Assembly (NCBI GenBank): GCA_964641225.1
Contig: CAZXKC010000004.1
Coordinates: 29,026 to 93,025, forward strand
From: an uncultured Candidatus Saccharibacteria bacterium
GTDB taxonomy: Bacteria > Patescibacteriota > Minisyncoccia > UBA6257 > 1-14-0-10-44-23
Length of the DNA: 64,000 nucleotides
Direction: 5' to 3'
In this document: positions 56,275 through 64,000 of the stretch, one piece after another
How the letters are laid out: the number at the start of each line of letters is the position of its first letter
Position numbering within the stretch: position 1 is the first letter of the stretch
Notes under the pieces: generated by a model
Seen by the model: the letters and a program-made list of their open reading frames with translations, nothing else
The model's database searches: none
Told to the model about the DNA's origin: nothing
Translations under genes and position numbers: made by a program

Positions 56275-56387
56275 AATTTAATAGTATCATAATTTCGAGT
56301 TATTAATATAGTAACTAGTCTAGCAAGCTTCTCAAATCGCAAATCAAAAAACACCCCGTTTGAGGTGTTTTTTGAAAGATACGAATC

Positions 56388-56660
56388 TTATTTACCCATG
56401 TTGGCCATTCCGAAATCCTTCGAAACAACCTTCCAGCACTCGTGCGGACCGGCGTTTGACTTGGTTACTGCGAAGTAACGGCCGTTCTTCTCCTCAATTC
56501 TCCACTCCGCTGACTTAAACTTTGCCTTCGACTTTACATCATAAAACTCCATCTCTTCTTTTGCCATACTAAAATTAGTTAGGTTAGTGGCCACGGTCGA
56601 CATCGCAGCCGTTGTTAAGGAAAAGTATACCCTACGGCAAGCTTTTTGCCAAATTGACAA
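56388..56660 (-). CDS. Small hypothetical protein
   Basis: ORF only. The start may be the internal MAKEE. Confidence 0.3.
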   Translation of the reverse strand: MSIWQKACRRVYFSLTTAAMSTVATNLTNFSMAKEEMEFYDVKSKAKFKSAEWRIEEKNGRYFAVTKSNAGPHECWKVVSKDFGMANMGK

Positions 56661-56701
56661 TGAGCTCCCTTAAATGATGTAATTACTGCACAGCAAAAGC
56701 C

Positions 56702-56840
56702 GCCCCTGTAGTTCAATGGATGGCGGCCCCTCGGCTCTTATTATAAAATAGGAGCGCCGAGGTACCAGGGCCTTGTCGCTCAAGGTTGCGGCCACCGCCG
56801 CATTCGTAACCGCCTCCACTTTGTTTCGGCTCGCGATAGA
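56702..56840 (+). repeat. Copy C of the roughly 140-nt tRNA-associated structured element, 5' of tRNA-Arg
   Basis: Same core as copies A and B. Preceded by GCCCCTGTAGTTCAATGGAT, which resembles the 5' 20 nt of the downstream tRNA-Arg. Confidence 0.45.
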
Positions 56841-56858
56841 GCAGCTCCGTCCTCAAAC

Positions 56859-56931
56859 ACCCTCGTAGTTCAATGGATTAGAACAATCCCGTCCTAAGGG
56901 ATTGATGTAGGTTCGATTCCTACCGAGGGTA
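56859..56931 (+). tRNA. tRNA-Arg (anticodon CCT)
   Basis: Acceptor ACCCTCG/CGAGGGT, anticodon loop GTCCTAA, T-loop GGTTCGATTCC. Confidence 0.7.
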
Positions 56932-57023
56932 CACCTGTCAATATTGCATTTCTTGCTAGCGGTGCTACCGTTTATTTGTGTTGGCCATGGTGGCCAGCGC
57001 AGGACCCAAGGAGGATGTCTCAC

Positions 57024-57722
57024 ATGGAAACGCATCTGCGAATCCACGAGGCCTTCTGCCTCGTGTCCTCGCTACTCTCGCTGGTTCTCGAACCAGCCGT
57101 GAAAGAAGGCTGCGGCATCACGATCTGGCACGGTCGCCCGATCTACGACCCACACCTACAGAAACCCCTCAACGAAACGACCGAACTGCTGATGGACCTG
57201 CTGGCGGAAGAGGCGCTCAAGGAAGGGCTGCCCTCTACCCCGGAAGACGCTATCGCAGCAGTGGTGACCTACGACCGCGGTGGCATCCGCCGCACTCTGG
57301 CGGAGACGCTGGCCCGGAAAATCGGGGGTCTCCAGAGGTTCCCCTGCGAACCGTTCATCGTCGCTCACAATAAGGGGGCCGGTGGTGTCCGTGGACGGCT
57401 CGTCCTGGACCGGGAAGGACTGCGGGATCTTCGGAGGCGAAAAGCGAAGGTCTACTTCCTCACCGATCTTCTGGAAACCGAGAGTTACCTGATCCGCATG
57501 GCCAAGACCGCCCGGCAGCCGCGCCATGGTCTCCGCATCGTTCGGTTCAGTGCCGTAGTCAAACGTGATCGAGGCATCCGCAGAGTCATCCTAGATCGCG
57601 TCGGAGAAGAACTCCCTCTCGTGTACTTCCTGGACTGCCAACTGGACCCTCGACAGTCCGCCGAGGACGGCGACGCAGTGCAACACGAGATCGACAGGGC
57701 ATTCGAACCTGCAACCCTGTAG
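57024..57722 (+). CDS. Hypothetical protein in a high-GC (about 62%) patch
   Basis: AAGGAGG RBS before the METHLRIHE start. No recognisable domain. Nucleotidyltransferase- or Abi-like is speculation only. Confidence 0.35.
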   Translation: METHLRIHEAFCLVSSLLSLVLEPAVKEGCGITIWHGRPIYDPHLQKPLNETTELLMDLLAEEALKEGLPSTPEDAIAAVVTYDRGGIRRTLAETLARKIGGLQRFPCEPFIVAHNKGAGGVRGRLVLDREGLRDLRRRKAKVYFLTDLLETESYLIRMAKTARQPRHGLRIVRFSAVVKRDRGIRRVILDRVGEELPLVYFLDCQLDPRQSAEDGDAVQHEIDRAFEPATL

Positions 57723-57782
57723 CCCCAACAACGCTAAGAGAGCCGGCTTCGTGAAGAACGACCGGCTCTCTCCCTTTTAAGA

Positions 57783-58169
57783 TTACTTTTTCTTTTCTAG
57801 CTCCAAGCAAACCGAATTGATACAATAGCGCTTCCCTGTCGTTGCCTTTGGGCCATCGTCAAACACGTGGCCTAAATGAGAATTACAATTGGCGCAGAGC
57901 ACCTCGGTTCGCTCCATCCCATATTTTGAGTCGTGTTCGTATTTAACGGCTCCGGGAAGCGCCTGATCAAAACTTGGCCAACCAGTACCAGAATCAAACT
58001 TTGCATCTGAGGCAAAGAGCTTGTTGCCGCAGACAACGCAGGCAAACATTCCCTCTTCATGGGACGTGGCATATTTGCCACTGAAAGGCACCTCCGTTCC
58101 CTTTTCGCGCAATACCTTGTATTGCTCAGGGGTCAACTTCTTTTTCAGCTCCTCCTCGTTAATCTGCAT
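57783..58169 (-). CDS. msrB: Peptide-methionine (R)-S-oxide reductase
   Basis: Two CxxC pairs and GTGWPSF...HLGHVFDDGP. Confidence 0.85.
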   Translation of the reverse strand: MQINEEELKKKLTPEQYKVLREKGTEVPFSGKYATSHEEGMFACVVCGNKLFASDAKFDSGTGWPSFDQALPGAVKYEHDSKYGMERTEVLCANCNSHLGHVFDDGPKATTGKRYCINSVCLELEKKK

Positions 58170-58174
58170 ATATA

Positions 58175-58567
58175 TTAGACCGTCTTATGCATATCGTGCG
58201 GATGATGCGTATGCGAACCAGTCGTGATTACTAAATAACCGGGCACGAGCCAACCAATAAATGGGAGAGCAACAAGTGCACCGAGCCACCAGGGCTTACC
58301 AAACTTTTTACCGATTTCCGACCAGATGTATCCGGCCACAAAAAAGTTGACGTATGGGATAAACAAGCCAAGCAGCCACCACCACGGTAAGGCGGCCATT
58401 TGCGTAGCCAGATACAAATTAGCAAACGGGATCCATGCAAACCAGGGATTCTTTGCGCCCAATCGGCGCGCGAGCACCATTGTGGTATAGGCCAGATAGA
58501 TATATACGACGATGCCACCTATTGCCTGCTCAACTCCGAAACCGCTTGAAGGAAAAAATGTGTTCAT
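58175..58567 (-). CDS. Small polytopic membrane protein
   Basis: Trp-rich TM helices. Confidence 0.4.
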   Translation of the reverse strand: MNTFFPSSGFGVEQAIGGIVVYIYLAYTTMVLARRLGAKNPWFAWIPFANLYLATQMAALPWWWLLGLFIPYVNFFVAGYIWSEIGKKFGKPWWLGALVALPFIGWLVPGYLVITTGSHTHHPHDMHKTV

Positions 58568-58598
58568 ACGTTAGTTATAGACTTAAGTATATAATTTT

Positions 58599-60383
58599 TT
58601 ACGCAGAAGCAAAACCTCCAGCCTGAATGTTCCACAACTTTTGATACGTTCCTTGCTGAGCCTTAAGTAACTCCTCGTGTTTGCCCTCTTCAATTATTTT
58701 ACCATCAGCAATCACTACGATTCGATCCATTTGCATGATTGTTGAAAGACGATGAGCTACAACAATCGTTGTCCGGCCCTTCATCAAATTCTTAAGCGCG
58801 TCCTGAATAAACATCTCACTCTCGCTATCAAGCGACGAGGTCGCCTCGTCAAGAATTAAAATCGGTGCATCTTTTAAAATTGCCCGAGCAATTGCAACGC
58901 GCTGACGCTCACCCCCGGAAAGCTTAATGCCTCGCTCACCCACAAGGGTCTGATATCCGTGTTGAGACTTACTAATAAATTCGTGTGCATGTGCCAATCG
59001 CGCTGCTTCAACAACCTCTTGATCGGTGGCATCGGGTTTAGCGTAGCGAATATTTTCAGCAAGCGTACGATGGAATAAAATCGGGTCTTGCGGCACGAGT
59101 GAAAGCGCCGAGCGCACAGAATCCTGGGTTGCCTTTGAAATGTCCTGCCCGTCGATCGCGATCGTACCGCTGTTAACATCATAGAATCGGAGCAGCAACT
59201 TTAGAATTGTTGACTTACCGCCACCCGACGGACCAATGAGGGCAACGCGCTCGCCGGGGTTAATGCTCAGGTTAAATTTTTCAAGCACCGCTGAGCCGTC
59301 ATGGTATCCGAATGAAATATCTTTGAACTCAACTTTGCCTTTCACGCTCCCCAAAGTTACGGCGCCCGGAACGTCTTTAATGTCATGAGGCTTCAGAAGA
59401 AGCTCGGTCATCTCGTTGGCGTCGGCCAACGATTCATAGAGCGCGCGGATGTTTTTGCCTGTATCCCACAATTTTTCGATAATTCTAAATAAATAGACCT
59501 GCAAAAGAGTCACGCCTCCGATGCTAATCAGTCCTTGCTGCCACTGCTTCACAGAAAGGTATACGACAAAAAACTCCAAAGCGACTACCAAAAGACCCTG
59601 GACAAATTCGCCGATGACACCAATATCCCAACTTTTTTTCCGAACTCGAAATTGTTTTTCAGTAACCCCTGCAAAACGTCCATTTTCAGTAGCATAGCTT
59701 GTGAACACCTTAAGATTTACGTTATTAGTAATACCATCAGCAAGTTCTCCAGTTGTATGCGTATCCGCATGCGCACGTCGAATATCATAAGGCATTTTAA
59801 AACGCGCAAAATAATAAACGAAAACTAAATATACAGCACACCATCCAAGGATAATAAAACCAAACAGCGGATATTGTGCCAGCAAAACAACTAAAATCAT
59901 TGCCGTGATAACGAATGTGCGTCCTAAACTGAAAAATAGCTGGTTCACAAAAACTTCAAAAGCACGCTCAACTCGTTTTACTTTTGTAACTAAACTTCCA
60001 ATAAATTTTGATGTAAAAAACCCGTAAGAATGCTGTTGTAGATACTGATAGCAGGTGTTTGTCAGCTCGCTCATTACCTTTGGCAAAAAATAATTATTTG
60101 TTAAATCGGCAACGCGCCAAAAAACAACCTCTATAAGATTAATTCCTAAGATAAGTAAAATGAGATGGACGGCAGGCGCAATATCAGCCTGCGCTGTTCC
60201 GCTTGCCAGCACATCAACTAAATTACGATAGAGAGTAGCGACTCCTGTTTGTACAGCAGTTACTATGAGAACACTTCCGAAAATCAAAAAGACCTGCCAG
60301 CGGTATTTCCGCGCATGCTGCCAAAAAATTTTGAGCGTCTGTCGTGTAAGCGATTGCATGGAACTAAAATATAAACATATCAA
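58599..60383 (-). CDS. ABC exporter, fused permease and ATPase (MsbA-like)
   Basis: Six-TM domain followed by Walker A GPSGGGKST, LSGGERQRVAIARA and ILILDEATS. Confidence 0.85.
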   Translation of the reverse strand: MICLYFSSMQSLTRQTLKIFWQHARKYRWQVFLIFGSVLIVTAVQTGVATLYRNLVDVLASGTAQADIAPAVHLILLILGINLIEVVFWRVADLTNNYFLPKVMSELTNTCYQYLQQHSYGFFTSKFIGSLVTKVKRVERAFEVFVNQLFFSLGRTFVITAMILVVLLAQYPLFGFIILGWCAVYLVFVYYFARFKMPYDIRRAHADTHTTGELADGITNNVNLKVFTSYATENGRFAGVTEKQFRVRKKSWDIGVIGEFVQGLLVVALEFFVVYLSVKQWQQGLISIGGVTLLQVYLFRIIEKLWDTGKNIRALYESLADANEMTELLLKPHDIKDVPGAVTLGSVKGKVEFKDISFGYHDGSAVLEKFNLSINPGERVALIGPSGGGKSTILKLLLRFYDVNSGTIAIDGQDISKATQDSVRSALSLVPQDPILFHRTLAENIRYAKPDATDQEVVEAARLAHAHEFISKSQHGYQTLVGERGIKLSGGERQRVAIARAILKDAPILILDEATSSLDSESEMFIQDALKNLMKGRTTIVVAHRLSTIMQMDRIVVIADGKIIEEGKHEELLKAQQGTYQKLWNIQAGGFASA

Positions 60384-60394
60384 TAATCATTATG

Positions 60395-60465
60395 CGGGAG
60401 CTGTAGGAATCGAACCCACGTCGGCCGTTTTGGAGACGGCGGTCCTACCATTGAACGAAGCTCCC
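60395..60465 (-). tRNA. tRNA-Trp (anticodon CCA)
   Basis: Acceptor GGGAGCT/AGCTCCC, anticodon loop CTCCAAA. Confidence 0.7.
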
Positions 60466-60551
60466 TAAAACAATCGCAAACGATTGTTCGGGCTGCCGCT
60501 AGCGGCTTAGCCCCTCCGCTCTTTGTATACTACGTAATTTCGCGAAAAAAA

Positions 60552-61211
60552 TCAAAGCCCGGCGGCGGTCTTCCAGAGCGTTAAATCGGTACCGGTTTCA
60601 TACCGTGTCGCGTCATACCCTCCATCGCTCTGCGCCTTTTCTAAAAACTTTTGAGATTCAAGTTGAGCAGCAAATTCATACGTAGCACTTACGCCGCCTG
60701 TTATGTATAAATAAAATAATCCATTGGTCAGATTACTACTTGGATCGAGCGGCAGCGCGCTTAGCGGCGAACCTGCGGTACTAAATGTACCGCCACCCGC
60801 AGCAAGGAATGCGTCAGCGCGAGCGTTGTTTCGTCCTAGCGGATTACTAAAATCAATCGGTATCCAACCCTGCCCATCAACACGAGACGACACATCGCTT
60901 GCACAGGTATATATCCAAGGAAAAACGAGCGTAGGTAATGGCGGAGCTACACACGCTGGATCTGTATTTCTTGCAGATATATATACCCTATTTACACTAC
61001 CGATACTTTTACCGCCAAACTGAATAAAATTAATAACTTTAGTGAGCGTATCTAAATCGCTAATACGCTGCGCATCACGCGCCTGTCGAAATAACTCTGC
61101 CGGATTTAATATTAATACAGTAACCGTTGAAAGCACAGCAAGAATACCGATAACAATCAAAAGCTCGATCAACGTGAAACCCTTCCGTTTGAAGACGGAG
61201 ACGTCGTGCAT
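60552..61211 (-). CDS. Type IV pilin/pseudopilin (prepilin)
   Basis: Class III signal peptide KRKG|FTLIELLIVIGILAVL. Confidence 0.6.
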   Translation of the reverse strand: MHDVSVFKRKGFTLIELLIVIGILAVLSTVTVLILNPAELFRQARDAQRISDLDTLTKVINFIQFGGKSIGSVNRVYISARNTDPACVAPPLPTLVFPWIYTCASDVSSRVDGQGWIPIDFSNPLGRNNARADAFLAAGGGTFSTAGSPLSALPLDPSSNLTNGLFYLYITGGVSATYEFAAQLESQKFLEKAQSDGGYDATRYETGTDLTLWKTAAGL

Positions 61212-61280
61212 ACTCTATTAAGTATAAGGCCTAACTAACAACAATGGCTGGGTATAACCCCAGCCATCATCTGTACGCTC

Positions 61281-61451
61281 TTATTTCTTTGTCTCTTTGT
61301 GCATCGTGTGTGCACGACACTTGCTACAAAACTTCGACAGCTCAATTTTACGCTCAACAAGCTTCTTATTCTTGCGCGTCCAATAGTTGCTGCTCTTGCA
61401 CGTCGGGCAGCGCAACTTGATCATGTTCTTACTGAATTTTGAATCGGCCAT
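61281..61451 (-). CDS. rpmG: 50S ribosomal protein L33 (56 aa, not in the ORF track)
   Basis: Hand translation gives MADSKFSKNMIKLRCPTCKSSNYWTRKNKKLVERKIELSKFCSKCRAHTMHKETKK, with the C4 zinc ribbon typical of L33. Confidence 0.65.
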   Translation of the reverse strand: MADSKFSKNMIKLRCPTCKSSNYWTRKNKKLVERKIELSKFCSKCRAHTMHKETKK

Positions 61452-61550
61452 ACATCAATTAAATAGGTTAAAACGATTGGGATAGTATACATAATCCCCG
61501 CTTTTTTTGCAAGCGTCCCCTTATCTACTATCTACTTACTACTATACTTT

Positions 61551-61570
61551 TGAGCCGATGGCCAGAATTG
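61551..61570. repeat. 20-nt direct repeat of the tRNA-Thr(GGT) 3' end (TGAGCCGATGGCCAGAATTG), about 90 bp from the tRNA
   Basis: Exact 20/20 match to 61661-61680. Confidence 0.5.
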
Positions 61571-61659
61571 CTATCGATTTCTTCGCGAGAGCTTGAGCGA
61601 CTCAGAAATCGGAATCCCTTTAGGGAAACTGGCCTACCAGTTCAACTGACCATTGCTTG

Positions 61660-61732
61660 AGCCGATGGCCAGAATTGAACTGGCGACCTATTCCTTACCA
61701 TGGAATTGCTCTACCATCTGAGCTACATCGGC
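61660..61732 (-). tRNA. tRNA-Thr (anticodon GGT)
   Basis: Acceptor GCCGATG/CATCGGC, anticodon loop ATGGTAA. Confidence 0.7.
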
Positions 61733-61800
61733 ACTATTCCACCATAGGCGAAAATGGTAAACAAATAATACCTGAATAGCTAAAAAATGCAAAGATTCGA

Positions 61801-62355
61801 CTATCCCTTCTTGTCGCGAGCGTGCAAGACCGCCATGGCCCCGTTTGCAAGACAAGAAACAGTCGGATAAAAACTATTCGCAAACGTCCAAGAGCCACCA
61901 CCAATCACACTGAGCAAACCACCAAGAGAATACATCAACCACGGCAAAAACTGTTTCCTTTCTGGTTTGCTATAGGCGTCGCGCAGGCTCGGGGCGATAG
62001 CGATAAAATATTTTATAACCACAATCGTTAGCGTTGCCGCAAAAGCACTCACGTAGTACCAAACGCCCAGAGAAATAATTGCTCCTACCAAAACAGTTGT
62101 TTCGAATGAACGCCAACGCCACTCGCCTCCTTTGAGAATAAATAAAACCACGACAATGTTCCCAATTTCAAAAGCACCCGCGAGGAATGCGCTCGCGTTG
62201 TTCGCCAAAAGTGCAAAAAATAAAACGGCATCTACAAAGGACCATATTAACCAGGTCGCGATGTTAAGCCTTATGTTGCCACGCCAGATATCGAGAAGCA
62301 AAGGAATATAGGCAAGAAAAGCAATCGCGGCACCTGCCCAAACGATGTATTGCAT
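61801..62355 (-). CDS. Polytopic membrane protein (native low-GC paralog of the 31394-31969 gene)
   Basis: Shared motifs NIATWLIWSF... and ...KPERKQFLPWLMYS, with the same TM layout. Confidence 0.45.
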   Translation of the reverse strand: MQYIVWAGAAIAFLAYIPLLLDIWRGNIRLNIATWLIWSFVDAVLFFALLANNASAFLAGAFEIGNIVVVLFILKGGEWRWRSFETTVLVGAIISLGVWYYVSAFAATLTIVVIKYFIAIAPSLRDAYSKPERKQFLPWLMYSLGGLLSVIGGGSWTFANSFYPTVSCLANGAMAVLHARDKKG

Positions 62356-62374
62356 ATATCGCTATAATACCATG

Positions 62375-62447
62375 AGCCACCTCCCAGACTTGAACTGGGG
62401 ACCTTCTCTTTACAAAAGAGTTGCTCTACCAGCTGAGCTAAGGTGGC
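62375..62447 (-). tRNA. tRNA-Thr (anticodon TGT)
   Basis: Acceptor GCCACCT/AGGTGGC, anticodon loop TTTGTAA, T-loop AGTTCAAGTC. Confidence 0.7.
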
Positions 62448-62558
62448 GTGCATCTATTTAAGCTTAAAATCAGTAAATTGACAACATTGCCTTCGAGGGT
62501 GGTATTCTAAAGACGGGTACGGATGGGTGGTCAAACGACATGGAAGGAGGTGATCAAA

Positions 62559-62798
62559 ATGTCGACGACCAACCCCAGTGACCCGAAGCATCGGGTAGCC
62601 AAGCTCGTTACGGAAGGACTCGTAACGCGCGTAGCGGCGATCTGCTATCTGCACAGTAAGGGCCTTGCCCTGCTGCCAGACGGCTTTAGGCATATCAGCG
62701 ACAGCGAGTATGCCGATCACATCGCCGACGTCGAGGAGGTGCTCAAGAAGGAGCCCGAACCGACGCCCGTAGCAAGCGAGAACGGGAGCAAGAACTGA
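62559..62798 (+). CDS. Small acidic hypothetical protein in a high-GC patch
   Basis: GGAAGGAGG RBS with 7-nt spacing before the ATG at 62559. A TTGACA...TATTCT promoter-like pair lies upstream. Confidence 0.3.
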   Translation: MSTTNPSDPKHRVAKLVTEGLVTRVAAICYLHSKGLALLPDGFRHISDSEYADHIADVEEVLKKEPEPTPVASENGSKN

Positions 62799-62944
62799 TG
62801 GGAGGATGGGATGACCCGTGCGCCTGCAGCACCGTCCGGCCGTCGCCGGCGGCTAGTGCCTCACTCATCCGCGATGCGGGTCCGAGCGAGGCACTTCAAT
62901 TTTCATAACAAAAAATACGCGCATGATAGGCGCTTTTTATTTTG

Positions 62945-63028
62945 TGGGCAGAGAGGGATTCGAACCCCCGTAGCCATAAAGGCGTCTCGTCTACAGCGAG
63001 ATGCAATTGACCGCTCTGCCATCTGCCC
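62945..63028 (-). tRNA. tRNA-Tyr (anticodon GTA), class II
   Basis: Acceptor GGGCAGA/TCTGCCC, anticodon loop CTGTAGA, long variable arm. Confidence 0.7.
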
Positions 63029-63087
63029 ATTTCCACTAGACGAGGATACCGTGTTTCTTCAAAAAAATAAAGACCCGCACCGGCTCT

Positions 63088-63441
63088 CTACTTTTTATCC
63101 TCGTCACTCATCACGCTGGCCATGTGCTCCATTTTTTCTTTGAGTGCAGCACCCTGCTTTTCCCTAAGAACTGGCGAGTGTTTCCGCAGATGATCGAGGT
63201 TGCGATTAATCCCCGCGTCGATTTTACCAATTAAGATGCGTGCTTTGCGCAGCATATTTTCAAGCATATGCACCAGCACGTTATCAACCTGCTCAAGCGG
63301 CAACCGGTCAACCAGCTTATCAAAAGCGCTTGACGGAGCGGCGGTCGGATCATCTGCAATGCGTGGGAGCGCCCGCGCAAACAAATAGACCATTACGATC
63401 AGCGATGCAACGAAGATTATGTGAGTTATGAAGTCGAACAT
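63088..63441 (-). CDS. Membrane-anchored hypothetical protein
   Basis: N-terminal TM helix. ORF only. Confidence 0.35.
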   Translation of the reverse strand: MFDFITHIIFVASLIVMVYLFARALPRIADDPTAAPSSAFDKLVDRLPLEQVDNVLVHMLENMLRKARILIGKIDAGINRNLDHLRKHSPVLREKQGAALKEKMEHMASVMSDEDKK

Positions 63442-63550
63442 GCCATTATTATATCCTTAAGCGCCGAATAGGCGCAATTTACTTAAATAATATGGCGCAT
63501 ACCGCCATTGCTTGTACTCACGCAATGCAGACGGTAAATTCCATACATAA

Positions 63551-64000
63551 TTACTGACCAAGCTGATACCGGGTAAATCGATTGATTTTGATGTTCTCGC
63601 CAACTTTAACGATGACGCTTTTAAGGTATTCCTGGATGGTCATCTTGTCATCGCGCAGATACGGCTGAGCTAACAGCTCTTCAACGGTCGCCGGAGCGGT
63701 TGCTGAAATCTGCATTGCAATATTTTTAGCCGCCTCACGAAACACCTCTCCGCGAGTCACAAAGTCGGTCTCCGCGTAGATCTCTAGAAGCACGGCAATG
63801 CGGCCTGAGTGAATGTAGGCCTCAAAATGACCGGCACCCGTCACACGATCGCCCTTCTTGTCTGCCTTAGCAGCTCCAGCAGCCATTAAAGCTGCCTTTG
63901 CCTTTTCCAAGTCCCCGCCTGCGGCGTCGAGCGCGCGCTTAGCGTCCATTAATCCTGCGCCAGTTTCCTCTCTCAATTTTGCAACGTCTTGTGCTGCCAT
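63551..64000 (-). CDS. tsf: Elongation factor Ts (short form)
   Basis: UBA-like N-terminus AKLREETGAGLMDAKRAL, then IAVLLEIYAETDFVTRGEVF. The ATG lies at the window end. Confidence 0.8.
   Translation of the reverse strand: MAAQDVAKLREETGAGLMDAKRALDAAGGDLEKAKAALMAAGAAKADKKGDRVTGAGHFEAYIHSGRIAVLLEIYAETDFVTRGEVFREAAKNIAMQISATAPATVEELLAQPYLRDDKMTIQEYLKSVIVKVGENIKINRFTRYQLGQ

Noticed and set aside
1-64000. CRISPR arrays and rRNA genes
   Set aside because: No regularly spaced direct-repeat arrays and no rRNA-like conserved stretches were seen anywhere in the window.

Overview
This is a low-GC (about 45%), gene-dense bacterial window, called by hand from the sequence and the ORF track. The gene content looks like a reduced-genome, Gram-positive-like or CPR/Saccharibacteria-like organism, but that is inference from gene content only. 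Core genes include recO, rplS, a GT4 glycosyltransferase, a DUF4012-like protein, an RluA-family pseudouridine synthase, purB, folD, glyA, dprA, topA, parB, an ABC efflux set, a LOG-family protein, msrB, an MsbA-like ABC exporter, a type IV pilin, rpmG and tsf. There are at least 12 tRNA genes.

The most unusual content is as follows:
- A roughly 110-nt structured 5' leader RNA occurs twice (about 25.6 kb and 33.1 kb). Four helices covary between the copies and a loop-loop pseudoknot is predicted. Each copy precedes a plus-strand operon of defence-like genes.
- An integrated island begins at tRNA-Ser(TGA) (about 21.1 kb). It carries a large serine recombinase, a P-loop replication module, a Hachiman-like HamA/HamB pair and an orphan small-terminase-like gene, so it looks PICI/satellite-like. 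A second operon follows: an SF1 helicase fused to a DUF559 nuclease domain (Nhi-like), a TM protein, a PD-(D/E)xK protein and a P-loop kinase.
- A roughly 140-nt conserved structured repeat sits immediately 5' of three different tRNA genes. Each copy is flanked by tRNA-5'-like fragments.
- At least eight short high-GC patches (58-65% GC), most next to tRNA genes, look like laterally acquired cassettes. They include purB, a frameshifted pseudogene, and a high-GC copy of a membrane protein whose low-GC paralog lies at 61.8 kb.
- A free-standing LAGLIDADG endonuclease abuts tRNA-Ser(CGA).

No CRISPR array or rRNA was seen. Coordinates of RNA and repeat features were placed by hand and may be off by a few nucleotides.
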